Below the pieces are notes generated by a model. It saw only the letters and a program-made list of their open reading frames with translations, did not search any database and was not told the origin of the DNA. From sequence record DRR378314_2555: 44,476 nucleotides of DNA; one strand, given 5' to 3'. Both the position numbers and the translations under genes were made by a program. Of the stretch, positions 1 through 10,336 are shown one piece after another. How positions within the stretch are numbered: position 1 is the first letter of the stretch; every line of letters starts with the position of its first letter.

Positions 1-49
1 ACCACTGACCACTGACCACTGACCACTGACTACTGATTACTGATTACTG
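1..49. repeat. Tandem 7-bp repeat (ACCACTG x4, ACTACTG, ATTACTG x2), truncated by the window edge
   Basis: Seven consecutive AYYACTG heptamers read directly; the array overlaps the stop codon of the DUF1697 gene. Confidence 0.95.
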
Positions 50-591
50 ATTTGACTCCCCATTTCCAATAGCTTCATCATGGTCCTGTGGTTTCTTGTG
101 GTAGCGGTCACCTGAAGCTTTTTTTCAAAAAAATTATTGTCGCATTTTGTTTTGCCATAGCCTTGGTCACAACTGAGGTAGACACAGTTATTGGTAATTA
201 TAAACCGTTCACTGGGAAATTGTTGCTGTTGTAGACTATGGGTCAATTCCCTGTTGGGAGTTTCTTGCAAGAGCACATAGTACCATTTTTTGGATTCTGA
301 TTCATCGAGTGTCCTAAATGGGGATTGTTTAAGGATTTCGTCCAGCTCAGGCAGGGTCAAGGTCAAAACAGGGACCTCAAAGCCAAAAGCCTTGTATATG
401 CCATTTTTGATGATTTTGGAAACTTCATTGGAAGATGAAACTGAACTTTTTAGAACAATATTACCGCTTTGGATATAGGTGCTTACCGCAGAAAAATCCA
501 TGGATTCCAGCAATGCTTTTAACTGGGACATCTTAATTTTTTTTTGTCCACTTACATTGATTCCCCTAAGCAGTACAATATAGTTTGTCAT
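37..591 (-). CDS. DUF1697 family protein
   Basis: 184 aa with LLRGINVSG, TYIQSGN and C-terminal TTRN motifs typical of DUF1697. Confidence 0.85.
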   Translation of the reverse strand: MTNYIVLLRGINVSGQKKIKMSQLKALLESMDFSAVSTYIQSGNIVLKSSVSSSNEVSKIIKNGIYKAFGFEVPVLTLTLPELDEILKQSPFRTLDESESKKWYYVLLQETPNRELTHSLQQQQFPSERFIITNNCVYLSCDQGYGKTKCDNNFFEKKLQVTATTRNHRTMMKLLEMGSQISNQ

Positions 592-794
592 CTTTACCCT
601 TTTTTACCACCGATGGATAAAAATAACAATATTTTGGAATGGAAATATTCGGGGGTTTATGGCATAACCACCACTTTTTGGTTTGGTGCCAATAAACAGG
701 TTTGTTGAAATGTAATAGGTTTGATTATTAATTTTTCAAATTTAGTGCCTATATTTTGTTATCTTGATACCCATTTAAAATATACCCTACCAAT

Positions 795-2294
795 ATGGAA
801 AAATATATTCTGGCGCTGGATCAAGGTACAACGAGTTCCCGTTCCGTTGTTTTTGATAAAAAAGGTAACATCGTTTCGGTGGCCCAAAAAGAATTTACCC
901 AATATTTTCCGAAACCTGGTTGGGTTGAGCACGATCCACTGGAAATTTGGTCTTCCCAAGCCAGCACGGCAGCGGAGGCCACTACAAAAAAAGGAATCTA
1001 TGGTGCCGATATAGCGGCTATAGGAATTACCAACCAAAGGGAAACGGTAGTAGTTTGGGATAGGAAAACTGGAAAGCCAGTATACAATGCTATCGTTTGG
1101 CAGGATAAGAGGACTTCCAATTACTGCGATGAATTAAAAAGTCAAGGGAAATCCAAGCTGATAAGGGAAAAAACCGGCTTGGTCATAGACTCCTACTTTT
1201 CAGGTACCAAAGTAAAATGGATATTGGACAATGTGGAAGGTGCCCGAAAAAAGGCGGAAGCTGGAGACTTGATTATGGGAACCATAGACTCTTGGCTAAT
1301 TTGGAACATGACCAAGGGGGAATTGCACATTACAGATGTTACGAATGCCTCTAGAACATTGCTTTTCAATATAAATACATTGGAGTGGGACGATGAGCTG
1401 TTGGAGCTATTTAACATTCCAAAGAGTATGCTGCCACAGGTAAAACAGTCCAGTGAAATATACGGTAGCACCAATCCCAATTTCTTTGCCAGTAAAATAC
1501 CCATTGCCGGAATCGCAGGGGATCAACAGGCGGCACTATTTGGACAAATGTGTACCAAACCGGGAATGGTCAAAAATACCTATGGTACGGGTTGTTTTAT
1601 GTTAATGAATATTGGTGAAAAACCCATTGTTTCGGAGAATAATCTCCTAACTACAGTGGCATGGTCCATTAATGGAAAAACCCATTATGCCCTTGAGGGA
1701 AGTATTTTTATTGCTGGTGCCGTGGTACAATGGCTAAGGGACAGCTTAAAAATTATAAAGAAGTCCGAAGATGTAGAAAAGTTGGCTGCTTCTGTAGACA
1801 GTACCGAGGGAGTCTATTTGGTGCCTGCCTTTGCAGGTCTAGGTGCGCCCTATTGGAACCAACATGCCAAAGGAAGTATTTTTGGACTTACCAGGGGCAG
1901 TACGGACGCCCATATTGCTAGAGCGGCTTTGGAATCTATTGCGTTTCAGACCATGGATGTTTTAAAGGCTATGGAAGCAGATTCCAAAATTTCCATAAAA
2001 GAATTAAGGGTAGATGGGGGAGCTACCGTCAATAATTTACTGATGCAGTTTCAGGCCGATGTGCTCAACACCTCTACCGTACGGCCAAAAGTGATAGAGA
2101 CTACGGTTATGGGAGCGGCTTATTTGGCCGGTTTGGCAGTCGGATTCTGGGAAAGTCTGGAAGAGATTCAGGAAATTTGGCAAGTCGATGCCAATTTTGA
2201 TCCCACAACGGAACGAAAAGAAATAGAACAAAATATTAAAGGCTGGTACAGGGCCATTGATGCTGTAGAATATTGGTCCAAACTAAACGATTAA
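795..2294 (+). CDS. glpK: Glycerol kinase
   Basis: 499 aa; [48 protein letters not shown]-kinase motifs. Confidence 0.97.
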   Translation: MEKYILALDQGTTSSRSVVFDKKGNIVSVAQKEFTQYFPKPGWVEHDPLEIWSSQASTAAEATTKKGIYGADIAAIGITNQRETVVVWDRKTGKPVYNAIVWQDKRTSNYCDELKSQGKSKLIREKTGLVIDSYFSGTKVKWILDNVEGARKKAEAGDLIMGTIDSWLIWNMTKGELHITDVTNASRTLLFNINTLEWDDELLELFNIPKSMLPQVKQSSEIYGSTNPNFFASKIPIAGIAGDQQAALFGQMCTKPGMVKNTYGTGCFMLMNIGEKPIVSENNLLTTVAWSINGKTHYALEGSIFIAGAVVQWLRDSLKIIKKSEDVEKLAASVDSTEGVYLVPAFAGLGAPYWNQHAKGSIFGLTRGSTDAHIARAALESIAFQTMDVLKAMEADSKISIKELRVDGGATVNNLLMQFQADVLNTSTVRPKVIETTVMGAAYLAGLAVGFWESLEEIQEIWQVDANFDPTTERKEIEQNIKGWYRAIDAVEYWSKLND

Positions 2295-2312
2295 ATATAA
2301 AACCAACCAACT

Positions 2313-3041
2313 ATGACTCCATTTATTGCTGAAATTATCGGCACTTTTTTCCTGATCCTTTTAGGGGGCGGGGTTGTTGCCAACGTAATCCTGAACAAAA
2401 CAAAATCCAACGATGCCGGCTGGATGGTCATTACCACCGCTTGGGGACTGGCCGTGTACGTTGGGGTGGCAGTGGCGGCACCCTATAGCGGGGCACATTT
2501 AAATCCGGCCGTAAGCATAGGCCTTGCCATGGCCGAAAAATTTGAATGGGCTTTGGTTCCCATTTATGTTTTGGGACAATTCATAGGGGCCATGTTGGGG
2601 GCTTTGATCGTATGGCTCTTCTACAAGGATCACTTTGATGCCACAGAGGACCAGGACACCAAGAAAGCTGTATTTTGTACAGCACCGGCCATAAGAAATC
2701 CCATCAACAATTTATTTAGTGAAGTAGTGGGTACTTTTACCTTGGTATTTGTAGTACTATATTTTACAGATGCTACCATAACCGATACGGAAACGGTTAT
2801 CGGACTAGGGTCTTTGGGCGCCCTGCCGGTTGCTTTTTTGGTTTGGGGAATTGGGCTTTCCTTGGGGGGTACCACAGGTTACGCCATTAATCCGGCAAGG
2901 GATCTGGGTCCCCGAATAATGCACGCTATAATGCCCATTAAAGGCAAGGGCGGCAGCGACTGGGGCTACGCTTGGATTCCCATTGTAGGTCCAGTTATTG
3001 GGGCTATTTTGGCCGCTTTGCTGATGCTATTGTTGAGTTAG
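2313..3041 (+). CDS. glpF: Glycerol uptake facilitator (MIP/aquaglyceroporin)
   Basis: Two NPA boxes (HLNPAV and AINPARD, the aquaglyceroporin form); hydrophobic; 18 bp downstream of glpK. Confidence 0.93.
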   Translation: MTPFIAEIIGTFFLILLGGGVVANVILNKTKSNDAGWMVITTAWGLAVYVGVAVAAPYSGAHLNPAVSIGLAMAEKFEWALVPIYVLGQFIGAMLGALIVWLFYKDHFDATEDQDTKKAVFCTAPAIRNPINNLFSEVVGTFTLVFVVLYFTDATITDTETVIGLGSLGALPVAFLVWGIGLSLGGTTGYAINPARDLGPRIMHAIMPIKGKGGSDWGYAWIPIVGPVIGAILAALLMLLLS

Positions 3042-3049
3042 CCCTTTAA

Positions 3050-4336
3050 TTAGGGTTTGGCAATTGCCTGGGCGGCAATATAGGCTCCGGTCCAGGCATT
3101 TTGAAAGTTGAATCCGCCCGTAATGGCATCTACATTTATTACCTCCCCGGCAAAATAGAGCCCAGGGAGTATTTTGCTTTCGTAGGTCTTAAAATTTATT
3201 TCCTTTAGGTCCACCCCTCCGGCAGTGACAAATTCCTCCTTAAACGTACTTTTTCCATCTACCCTAAACTTGGAACCGGTTAACTGCTTTGCTAAGTTTT
3301 GTAGTTGAATTTTGGAAATATCGGCCCATTTATCCGTGTCGGAAATTTGCGCTGCCTTTACCAAACTGCCCCACAAGCGTTTTGGCAGGTCAAATGCTTT
3401 AGTGCGCAGAATGGTTTTCTTTCCTTCAACTTCCTTAATTTGTTGAAGCTGTCTCAATAATCCTTCCTCATGATAGGCAGGAAGCCAGTTTACTGTTATA
3501 GAAAACTTATAATTCAAATCATTCAATATCCTTGCCCCCCAGGCGGACAACCTTAAGATACCCGGACCGCTCATTCCCCAATGTGTAATCAATAGAGGGC
3601 CTTCGGATTCCAGATCGCTCGTTTGGATGGAATATTTTTTTAAGGCCGCCTTAAATTTTCCGTTGTTGACCTTGGAGGGAATTATCTTAATGCTGGCATT
3701 GGTACTTACGCCTTGTATGCCAGTTATTCTTTCATCCTGGATATTAAAGGTAAAAAGCGAAGGAACAGGGGCTACTATTGTATGCCCCATTTGTCTTAAT
3801 AGTTCCCATATTTTAGGATTGCTGCCCGTAGCTACCAGTATTTTTTTGGCTTGGTAGGTGTTTCGAATTGTTTTGATTGCCCAGGCGTAATCCCCATTTT
3901 CCTTATTTTCGTTCATTGATGTTATCCCAACAATGGAACTGTTCTTTAGGACTTTAATGCCCAAACGCTCGGTTTCCTGAAGAAAGCAGTCTATAATTGT
4001 TTGGGACGAATTGGTAGCGGGAAACATTCGTCCATCCCCCTCAATATTCAATTGGATGCCCCTTTTTTCAAAGAAGGCCATGGTGTCACCGCTACAATAG
4101 GTGTGAAATGGCCCTACAAGTTCTCGCTCCCCCCTAGGATAATTTTTGGTTATTTCCTTAGGGTCAAATTCGGCATGGGCAACGTTGCAGCGCCCTCCAC
4201 CGGATACTTTTACCTTGGTAAGCACCTCTTTGCCTCGTTCCAAGATGGCTATTTTTAACTTGGGGTTGCGTTCCGCTATATGTATGGCACCATAGAAGCC
4301 TGCGGCACCTCCTCCTAAAACTATTACATCGAACAT
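3050..4336 (-). CDS. HI0933/YhiN/BaiN-family NAD(P)/FAD-dependent oxidoreductase
   Basis: GGGAAG, SGGGRCN, THWGMSGP, VTAGGV and LYFAGE...GGFNFQ motifs; start overlaps the upstream stop (TAATG at 4336). Confidence 0.9.
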   Translation of the reverse strand: MFDVIVLGGGAAGFYGAIHIAERNPKLKIAILERGKEVLTKVKVSGGGRCNVAHAEFDPKEITKNYPRGERELVGPFHTYCSGDTMAFFEKRGIQLNIEGDGRMFPATNSSQTIIDCFLQETERLGIKVLKNSSIVGITSMNENKENGDYAWAIKTIRNTYQAKKILVATGSNPKIWELLRQMGHTIVAPVPSLFTFNIQDERITGIQGVSTNASIKIIPSKVNNGKFKAALKKYSIQTSDLESEGPLLITHWGMSGPGILRLSAWGARILNDLNYKFSITVNWLPAYHEEGLLRQLQQIKEVEGKKTILRTKAFDLPKRLWGSLVKAAQISDTDKWADISKIQLQNLAKQLTGSKFRVDGKSTFKEEFVTAGGVDLKEINFKTYESKILPGLYFAGEVINVDAITGGFNFQNAWTGAYIAAQAIAKP

Positions 4337-5088
4337 TAATTAATGCGTTCTGGATAATTGGTGATAATACCATCCACTCCTAATCTCTCTACGGCTTCAA
4401 TTTCTTCGGGCTCATTTACCGTCCAAGGATAAATCTTGAATCCTGCTTTTTTTATTTCGTTTACGTTTTCTAGGGTCAGGTCCTCAAAATAAGGGTTTAT
4501 GGCCACCGCCTCCAGTTCTTGCGCAATATCCAAAGCTTTCAATGGGTCACCGCTTATAAGAATTGCAATAGGTACTTCGGCATTGAGCGTACGCATAGTC
4601 TTAAGTTCGTCCCATCTAAAGCTGGAAATTATAAATTTATCCATAGGCCACCCCTTTTCCTTTATGTAGTAGTTCATTATAAAATTTACCCTGTCGGCTG
4701 TATTGGCGCCTTTGAGTTCTATATTTAACTGTACTTTTTTATCTATTAAGTTTAGGACATCCTGCAGGGTAGGTATTTTATGATTGCCGATCAAAGTTAA
4801 TTTCTGCAGGTCTTCAAAATTATAATCTTCTATATTTCCAATGCTATCCGTTAGCCTTTCCACCTCCTTATCGTGGAAGACTACCGTTTCGCCACTTTTT
4901 ATTTTAAAGACATCTATTTCTATCATGTCTACACCCAGATCCATTGCTTTTTGTATGGACGCCAAGGTGTTTTCCGTTTCATGCCCCATGGCACCTCTAT
5001 GGCCAATAACCAAGGGTTTGTTCATATTGTCACAACTTATAATTAATAGAAATAAGAAGAAAGATCCAACTATTGATGATGTTTTCAT
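4336..5088 (-). CDS. Glycerophosphodiester phosphodiesterase (GDPD), predicted lipoprotein
   Basis: IGHRGA, ENT, IEIDV, FHD, NIELK, WTVN and GIITNYP motifs; lipobox IISC. Confidence 0.92.
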   Translation of the reverse strand: MKTSSIVGSFFLFLLIISCDNMNKPLVIGHRGAMGHETENTLASIQKAMDLGVDMIEIDVFKIKSGETVVFHDKEVERLTDSIGNIEDYNFEDLQKLTLIGNHKIPTLQDVLNLIDKKVQLNIELKGANTADRVNFIMNYYIKEKGWPMDKFIISSFRWDELKTMRTLNAEVPIAILISGDPLKALDIAQELEAVAINPYFEDLTLENVNEIKKAGFKIYPWTVNEPEEIEAVERLGVDGIITNYPERIN

Positions 5089-5105
5089 AATGTAATACTA
5101 TAAAT

Positions 5106-6896
5106 CTAATTTAAACTTAATATTAAGGATTCCAAGGGTTGTATATCTATTCTTATATGGCCTATTTCGTTATCTACATTTAGGGACAACTCTTTTTCTT
5201 TGAACAATGCGTCCTTACATAGGTAGGTGCTATTCTGTAACCCCCATTCCCTAATAATTTCCCTCGGTAGTTTTAGATCGAACCCAAAGGTTTGACCAGC
5301 ATCAAAATTAGAAATAATTATGAGTTTTTCATTCTTGGACCACCTAACAAAGGATAAAACCCGATGATTATAATATTCCGTATGATCTTTGTTATAAAAA
5401 TGAATATCCTTGTATTTTCCCATTAAAGCACTACTGTTAATGGTGAAATTGAGCAAGTTCTTGTAAAATGTCCTTAATTCTTTTTCTTTCGGGGATAATT
5501 GCCCTCCATCAAATTTTTTATTGTTTACCCAGCGTTGAAAATGGGGAACCCCAACATAATCGAAGATAGAGGTTCTACTTGGGGATCCAAATCCAGGACT
5601 TTCGGCAGCCGGCTCACCTACTTCCTGCCCAAAATAGATCATGGTAGGGGAGGTACTTATGGTTGCGGAAACCACCATACCAGGTTTTGCTTTTTCGGCA
5701 TTTCCCAAAAATTCTGGACAGGCAATACGCTGCTCGTCATGATTTTCCAGAAAATGTAGCATTTGGTGCTCAATATCCATGAGTCCGTTTTGTACCACAG
5801 GGATATGGTCTGTCCACCCGTGTCCTTGCATAATGTGCTTTAAGGAGTCATAGAACTCTACCTTGTCGTAGAGATAGTCCATTTTTCCTTTAAAAATATA
5901 ATCCCTGTACAGCTGTGGATTATAGACTTCCGCCATTAAAAATGCATCCGGGTTTTTCATTTTTATGGACGAGTTCATAAAGCTCCAGAATTCTACAGGA
6001 ACCATTTCGGCCATATCATAACGAAATCCGTCCACTCCTTCGTCCAACCAGTACAGGGCAATATCCCTAAATTTTATCCAGGAATCTGGTACTTCTTTGT
6101 TTTTCCAGAATTCAAAATGTTCAGAAAAGTTTTTATGGCCAAAATCTTCTGGCAGCGTGGCAAAATCCCTATGGCCGTCCGGGCTAAAACCATAGTTGAT
6201 CTTTACGGTCTCATACCAATCATTAAAATCGGGTTTGGACAAACGGGAACCATTTCCAGTCCATTTTGCCGGGGATTCGGTATATTTTCCATCGGGCATG
6301 TTGCTTTTCTCCCCTCCCAAAGGCAGGTAGCCATTCCTCCAATCCGGGACCGAAAATGATTCCCCTGGATTGTAATAAAAATTATTGTCTTTGTGGTAGA
6401 CCACATTGGTATTGTCCTTGGCGCCAAAATCCACCACCCCTTTGGGGTTGTTTTTTCCTTCGTATTTTCTGGCAATATGGTTGGGAACTATATCTATGAT
6501 AACCTTTAGGCCCGCCTTATGGCTTCTTGTTAACAGTTCCTTGAATTCCTGATTTCTATTGTTCGGATCATTGGCCAAATCGGGGTTAACGCTGTAGTAA
6601 TCCTTAACGGCATATGGCGAACCCGCCCTGCCCTTCACAATATCCGGGTCGTCATTGGAGATGCCGTATGAGGTATAATCCCTTATAAGGGCATGATGGG
6701 GTATACCCGTATACCAAATATGGCTTACCCCCAGATCCTTGATTTCTTTTAAAGCCTTTGGTGTAAAGTCACTAAACTTGCCCACTCCATTTTCCTCAAT
6801 GGTCCCCCAAGGTTTATTGGTGGTATTGGTATTCCCGAACAATCTGGTAAATACTTGATAAACAACTGTTTTTCTAATTTCAGTGGTCTCTTTCAT
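5106..6896 (-). CDS. GH13 alpha-amylase family glycoside hydrolase
   Basis: DIVPNH (region I), DGFRYDMAE (nucleophile), AEVY (acid/base), FLENHD (region IV). ATG at 6896 preferred over TTG at 6920; no signal peptide seen. Confidence 0.9.
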   Translation of the reverse strand: MKETTEIRKTVVYQVFTRLFGNTNTTNKPWGTIEENGVGKFSDFTPKALKEIKDLGVSHIWYTGIPHHALIRDYTSYGISNDDPDIVKGRAGSPYAVKDYYSVNPDLANDPNNRNQEFKELLTRSHKAGLKVIIDIVPNHIARKYEGKNNPKGVVDFGAKDNTNVVYHKDNNFYYNPGESFSVPDWRNGYLPLGGEKSNMPDGKYTESPAKWTGNGSRLSKPDFNDWYETVKINYGFSPDGHRDFATLPEDFGHKNFSEHFEFWKNKEVPDSWIKFRDIALYWLDEGVDGFRYDMAEMVPVEFWSFMNSSIKMKNPDAFLMAEVYNPQLYRDYIFKGKMDYLYDKVEFYDSLKHIMQGHGWTDHIPVVQNGLMDIEHQMLHFLENHDEQRIACPEFLGNAEKAKPGMVVSATISTSPTMIYFGQEVGEPAAESPGFGSPSRTSIFDYVGVPHFQRWVNNKKFDGGQLSPKEKELRTFYKNLLNFTINSSALMGKYKDIHFYNKDHTEYYNHRVLSFVRWSKNEKLIIISNFDAGQTFGFDLKLPREIIREWGLQNSTYLCKDALFKEKELSLNVDNEIGHIRIDIQPLESLILSLN

Positions 6897-6918
6897 TTTT
6901 GTGCTTTCTTTTCGGAAC

Positions 6919-6950
6919 AAAAAGCCTAAGCTATGTGCTGCTTAGCTTTT
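6919..6950 (-). terminator. Terminator-like hairpin between the GH65 and GH13 genes
   Basis: Minus strand reads AAAAG-CTAAGC-AGCACATA-GCTTAG-G-CTTTTT: a 6-bp stem, extendable past a bulge, followed by a U tract. Confidence 0.45.
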
Positions 6951-7100
6951 CAGTGCAATAATGATACTTGTTTTTGGAATTGGAGTCAATTTTGTCAAAA
7001 ATTTTTAACTGGGAGCAACTTTTGGCTATATTATTTAAAGTTTCTTAAAAAATAATCTGAATTTTTTAATATTTAGGGGCTCTTGGTACTACGGAGTACT

Positions 7101-9416
7101 TTAGTTGACCAGGGAATAAGTTTTCTGGCCAGCAGTCAACACCACACGTTTTCCATTTACCCGAATAGACATCTCGTCCGTGCCTTCCAGGTCAAATGTG
7201 GTTTCGTTTTCCGTAACCTTTACCTTGAGAATTCTATTCCTGAAATTTACCTTGAAGGAATAGGATTTCCATTGCTTTGGTATTCTTGGGGTAAAGGATA
7301 GTTTGTCTTCCAATATCCGCATACCTCCAAAACCTTCTACTATGCTCATCCAAGTGCCGGCCATGGAGGTAATATGGAGTCCTTCTTTTACTTCCTTATT
7401 ATAATCGTCCAGATCCAATCTGGAAGTTCGCAGATAAAAAGCATATGCCTGGTCCATTCTGTTCAGCTTTGCAGCCTGAATACTATGGACACATGGCGAT
7501 AACGAAGATTCATGTACGGTAAAAGGTTCGTAAAAATCGAAGTGTTTTTCCAATTCTTCCGTAGTAAAATGGTCTTCAAAGAAATAAAATCCCTGAAGGG
7601 TATCTGCCTGTTTTATGTATGGAGATCTTAAAATCCTGTCCCAACTCCATTTTTGGTTTATAGGGCGCTCTTTTTGATTTAATTTCTTCACAGGGATAAG
7701 CTCTTTGTCCAAAAAGCCATCTTGCTGCAAATAAATGCCCAATTTTTCATCGAAGGGGAAGTACATTTTTTTCGCCACCTTGGCCCAATCCTCGGTCTCA
7801 TTTTCTGAAAGTTTGGTCACTCCTATTATTCTGTGGTAATCATCCGGATAGCCATCCTTAACTTTTTGTAGTTCCTGCAACGTATAGTTAATGCACCATT
7901 TTGCAATATAATTGGTGTAAAAGTTATTGTTTACATTGTTTTCGTATTCATTGGGGCCAGTGACCCCAAGAATTACATATTTGTTCTTTTGGGTAGAAAA
8001 TGTGGCTCTTTGATGCCAAAAGCGGGCAATTCCGATCAAGACCTCCAGCCCCATTTCCGGGATATAGGTATAATCACTTGTAAAGCGGTAATAGTTATAA
8101 ATGGCAAAGGCTATGGCCCCATTACGATGTATTTCCTCAAAGGTTATTTCCCATTCGTTATGGCACTCCTCGCCGTTCATGGTTACCATGGGATATAGGG
8201 CCGCTCCATTTACAAAACCTAATTTTCTGGCATTTTCAATGGCCTTTTCCAAATGGTTGTACCTATATGTCAATAAGTTTCTTGCCACCTTTTTATTTTT
8301 GGTGGCCATATAAAAGGGAATACAATAGGCCTCGGTATCCCAGTAGGTGCTTCCGCCGTATTTCTCCCCGGTAAATCCCTTTGGGCCAATATTAAGCCTG
8401 GAATCCTTGCCCAGATAGGTTTGGTTTAAATGAAAAATATTGAAGCGAATTCCCTGTTGTGCCTTTACATCGCCCTCAATGGTAATGTCGCTCATTTCCC
8501 AGATTTTGGCCCACGATTTCTTTTGTTGCTCCAACAAAGCCTCAAAACCTATTTCGGTTACCTTTTGCAAAGCTTCTTTGGCAGCCGATATCAGTTCATT
8601 GGGCTTATGATTGGTAGAAACCGTATAGCCCCCAAATTTTACAAGTGTAAGGGTGTCTCCCTTTTTAATATCCTTTTTAAAGTGATGTACTGCGGTAGTA
8701 TCTGATAAAGCTTCCAAGGGTTTTTCCGTTACCATTTCGTTATTATGGTACAATCTGGATTCCATAAAAGTACAGGTAGCGAAGTTGGTTTTCATGGTAT
8801 GTGCCTCAATAAAGGCTTGGGAACCTTCCGTTGTAACCCCTGTGGTGTTCCAAAATTGGTCGTCCCAATTGGTGTCCTCATTGGTAATTCCACTATCAAG
8901 ATAGGGGTGGAAGGCCATAGAGCTATCTTGGTTTATGGCCCTAATTTGGTATTTAATGGCGCCTACTTCATCATAGTCCAAACTAAGGAAACGGGTAATC
9001 AATACCTCTATAGTGGTATCATTGGGCAAAGTAGCCATAAAGCTCCGCGTATACCAACCTTCCTGCATGTTTAATTCCCTGCGAAAATCTCGTACATTTT
9101 TACAGGTATTCAGATCTAAGGTCTCTCCGTTGACAAGAACATTGATGCCGATCCAGTTAGGAGCGTTCAATACCTTGGCAAAATATTCCGGATAGCCGTT
9201 TTTCCACCAGCCTACCCGTGTTTTATCCGGGTAATACACCCCACCAATATAACTACCTTGAAAAGAAGGACCAGTGTACTTTTCTTCAAAATTGGCGCGT
9301 TGCCCCATGGCACCGTTTCCAAGACTGAATAAACTTTCCGAGGATTTTACTCTTTCTTTTTCAAATCCTTCTTCTATGATAGACCAGTTATCGGGCTTTA
9401 TATAATCTTGATTCAT
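7101..9416 (-). CDS. GH65 glycoside phosphorylase (maltose phosphorylase-like)
   Basis: GPKGFTGEKYGG.TYWDTE, EEIHRNGAIA, GPNEYEN, IKQAD and HESSLS motifs; adjacent to beta-PGM. Confidence 0.92.
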   Translation of the reverse strand: MNQDYIKPDNWSIIEEGFEKERVKSSESLFSLGNGAMGQRANFEEKYTGPSFQGSYIGGVYYPDKTRVGWWKNGYPEYFAKVLNAPNWIGINVLVNGETLDLNTCKNVRDFRRELNMQEGWYTRSFMATLPNDTTIEVLITRFLSLDYDEVGAIKYQIRAINQDSSMAFHPYLDSGITNEDTNWDDQFWNTTGVTTEGSQAFIEAHTMKTNFATCTFMESRLYHNNEMVTEKPLEALSDTTAVHHFKKDIKKGDTLTLVKFGGYTVSTNHKPNELISAAKEALQKVTEIGFEALLEQQKKSWAKIWEMSDITIEGDVKAQQGIRFNIFHLNQTYLGKDSRLNIGPKGFTGEKYGGSTYWDTEAYCIPFYMATKNKKVARNLLTYRYNHLEKAIENARKLGFVNGAALYPMVTMNGEECHNEWEITFEEIHRNGAIAFAIYNYYRFTSDYTYIPEMGLEVLIGIARFWHQRATFSTQKNKYVILGVTGPNEYENNVNNNFYTNYIAKWCINYTLQELQKVKDGYPDDYHRIIGVTKLSENETEDWAKVAKKMYFPFDEKLGIYLQQDGFLDKELIPVKKLNQKERPINQKWSWDRILRSPYIKQADTLQGFYFFEDHFTTEELEKHFDFYEPFTVHESSLSPCVHSIQAAKLNRMDQAYAFYLRTSRLDLDDYNKEVKEGLHITSMAGTWMSIVEGFGGMRILEDKLSFTPRIPKQWKSYSFKVNFRNRILKVKVTENETTFDLEGTDEMSIRVNGKRVVLTAGQKTYSLVN

Positions 9417-9514
9417 TGTGCTAGTGTTTCTCGGTTATCTCAATGGGGTTTTGTTGATCAATATCAGATTCCAAATAGAAAGACACCAAATTAATTAATT
9501 ATTGTGAATGTTCG

Positions 9515-10177
9515 TCACGGAGTTTGTTCTAATAGCCGATTTAGGAAATTATCATCCATTTCAGTGAAATCTGCGAACACAAATTTTGCCTCGGAAAGCA
9601 CTTTTTCTTCTCCAATGCCTATGCTTAACATTCCTGCATTGTTGGCGGCCTCTATTCCGGCAACCGCATCTTCAAAGACTACACATTCCTTGGGATTTAC
9701 GCCCATTTGTGCTGCGGCCAACAAAAAAACTTCGGGATCGGGCTTGGCCTTGGTTACTTGTGTGCCATCTACAATGGCATCAAAATAATCCATTAGGTTT
9801 ACTTTTTCCAAAATTGGACGGGCATTTTTGCTGGCAGACCCCAAGGCTATTGGCATGTTGTGCTTTTTAAGGAACTTCAGTACCCTTTGTACATCGGGTA
9901 ATATTTCCGATGCGTCCATTTTTTCTATTAGTGATAAATAATCCTCATTCTTCTCCACCAACCATCTGTTGAACTGTTCTTGTGATGCCTTGATTTTCCC
10001 AATTTCCAATAGGATTTCCAGGCATCTTTTGCGACTTACCCCTTTAAATAGTTCGTTTTGCTCTTGCGTAAATTCAAAGCCCAATTCATTGGCCAATTTT
10101 CTCCAGGCCAGGTAATGGTATTTGGCAGTATCCACAATAACACCATCTAAATCAAATATAAATCCAGTTTTCTTCAT
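9515..10177 (-). CDS. pgmB: Beta-phosphoglucomutase
   Basis: HAD motifs FDLDGVIVDT, SAS, KAKPDP, FEDA and the KGVSR cap motif; next to a GH65 phosphorylase. Confidence 0.93.
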   Translation of the reverse strand: MKKTGFIFDLDGVIVDTAKYHYLAWRKLANELGFEFTQEQNELFKGVSRKRCLEILLEIGKIKASQEQFNRWLVEKNEDYLSLIEKMDASEILPDVQRVLKFLKKHNMPIALGSASKNARPILEKVNLMDYFDAIVDGTQVTKAKPDPEVFLLAAAQMGVNPKECVVFEDAVAGIEAANNAGMLSIGIGEEKVLSEAKFVFADFTEMDDNFLNRLLEQTP

Positions 10178-10336
10178 TGGTTTAAGATATTAATTAAAAT
10201 TTGGTCGGCCCATAAAAAGTAATGTTTAATGTAGGGAAAATGACCTTAGGTGGGCAGTATTTGGGTTTAAGGGCAATGTTGCCAAATTTCCTGCAGTAAA
10301 TGGATAATTTTGGTCTTGCAACTAAGTGTTTGGTTC

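Noticed and set aside
1-49. CRISPR array
   Set aside because: Units are 7 bp and contiguous with no spacers; no cas genes in the window.
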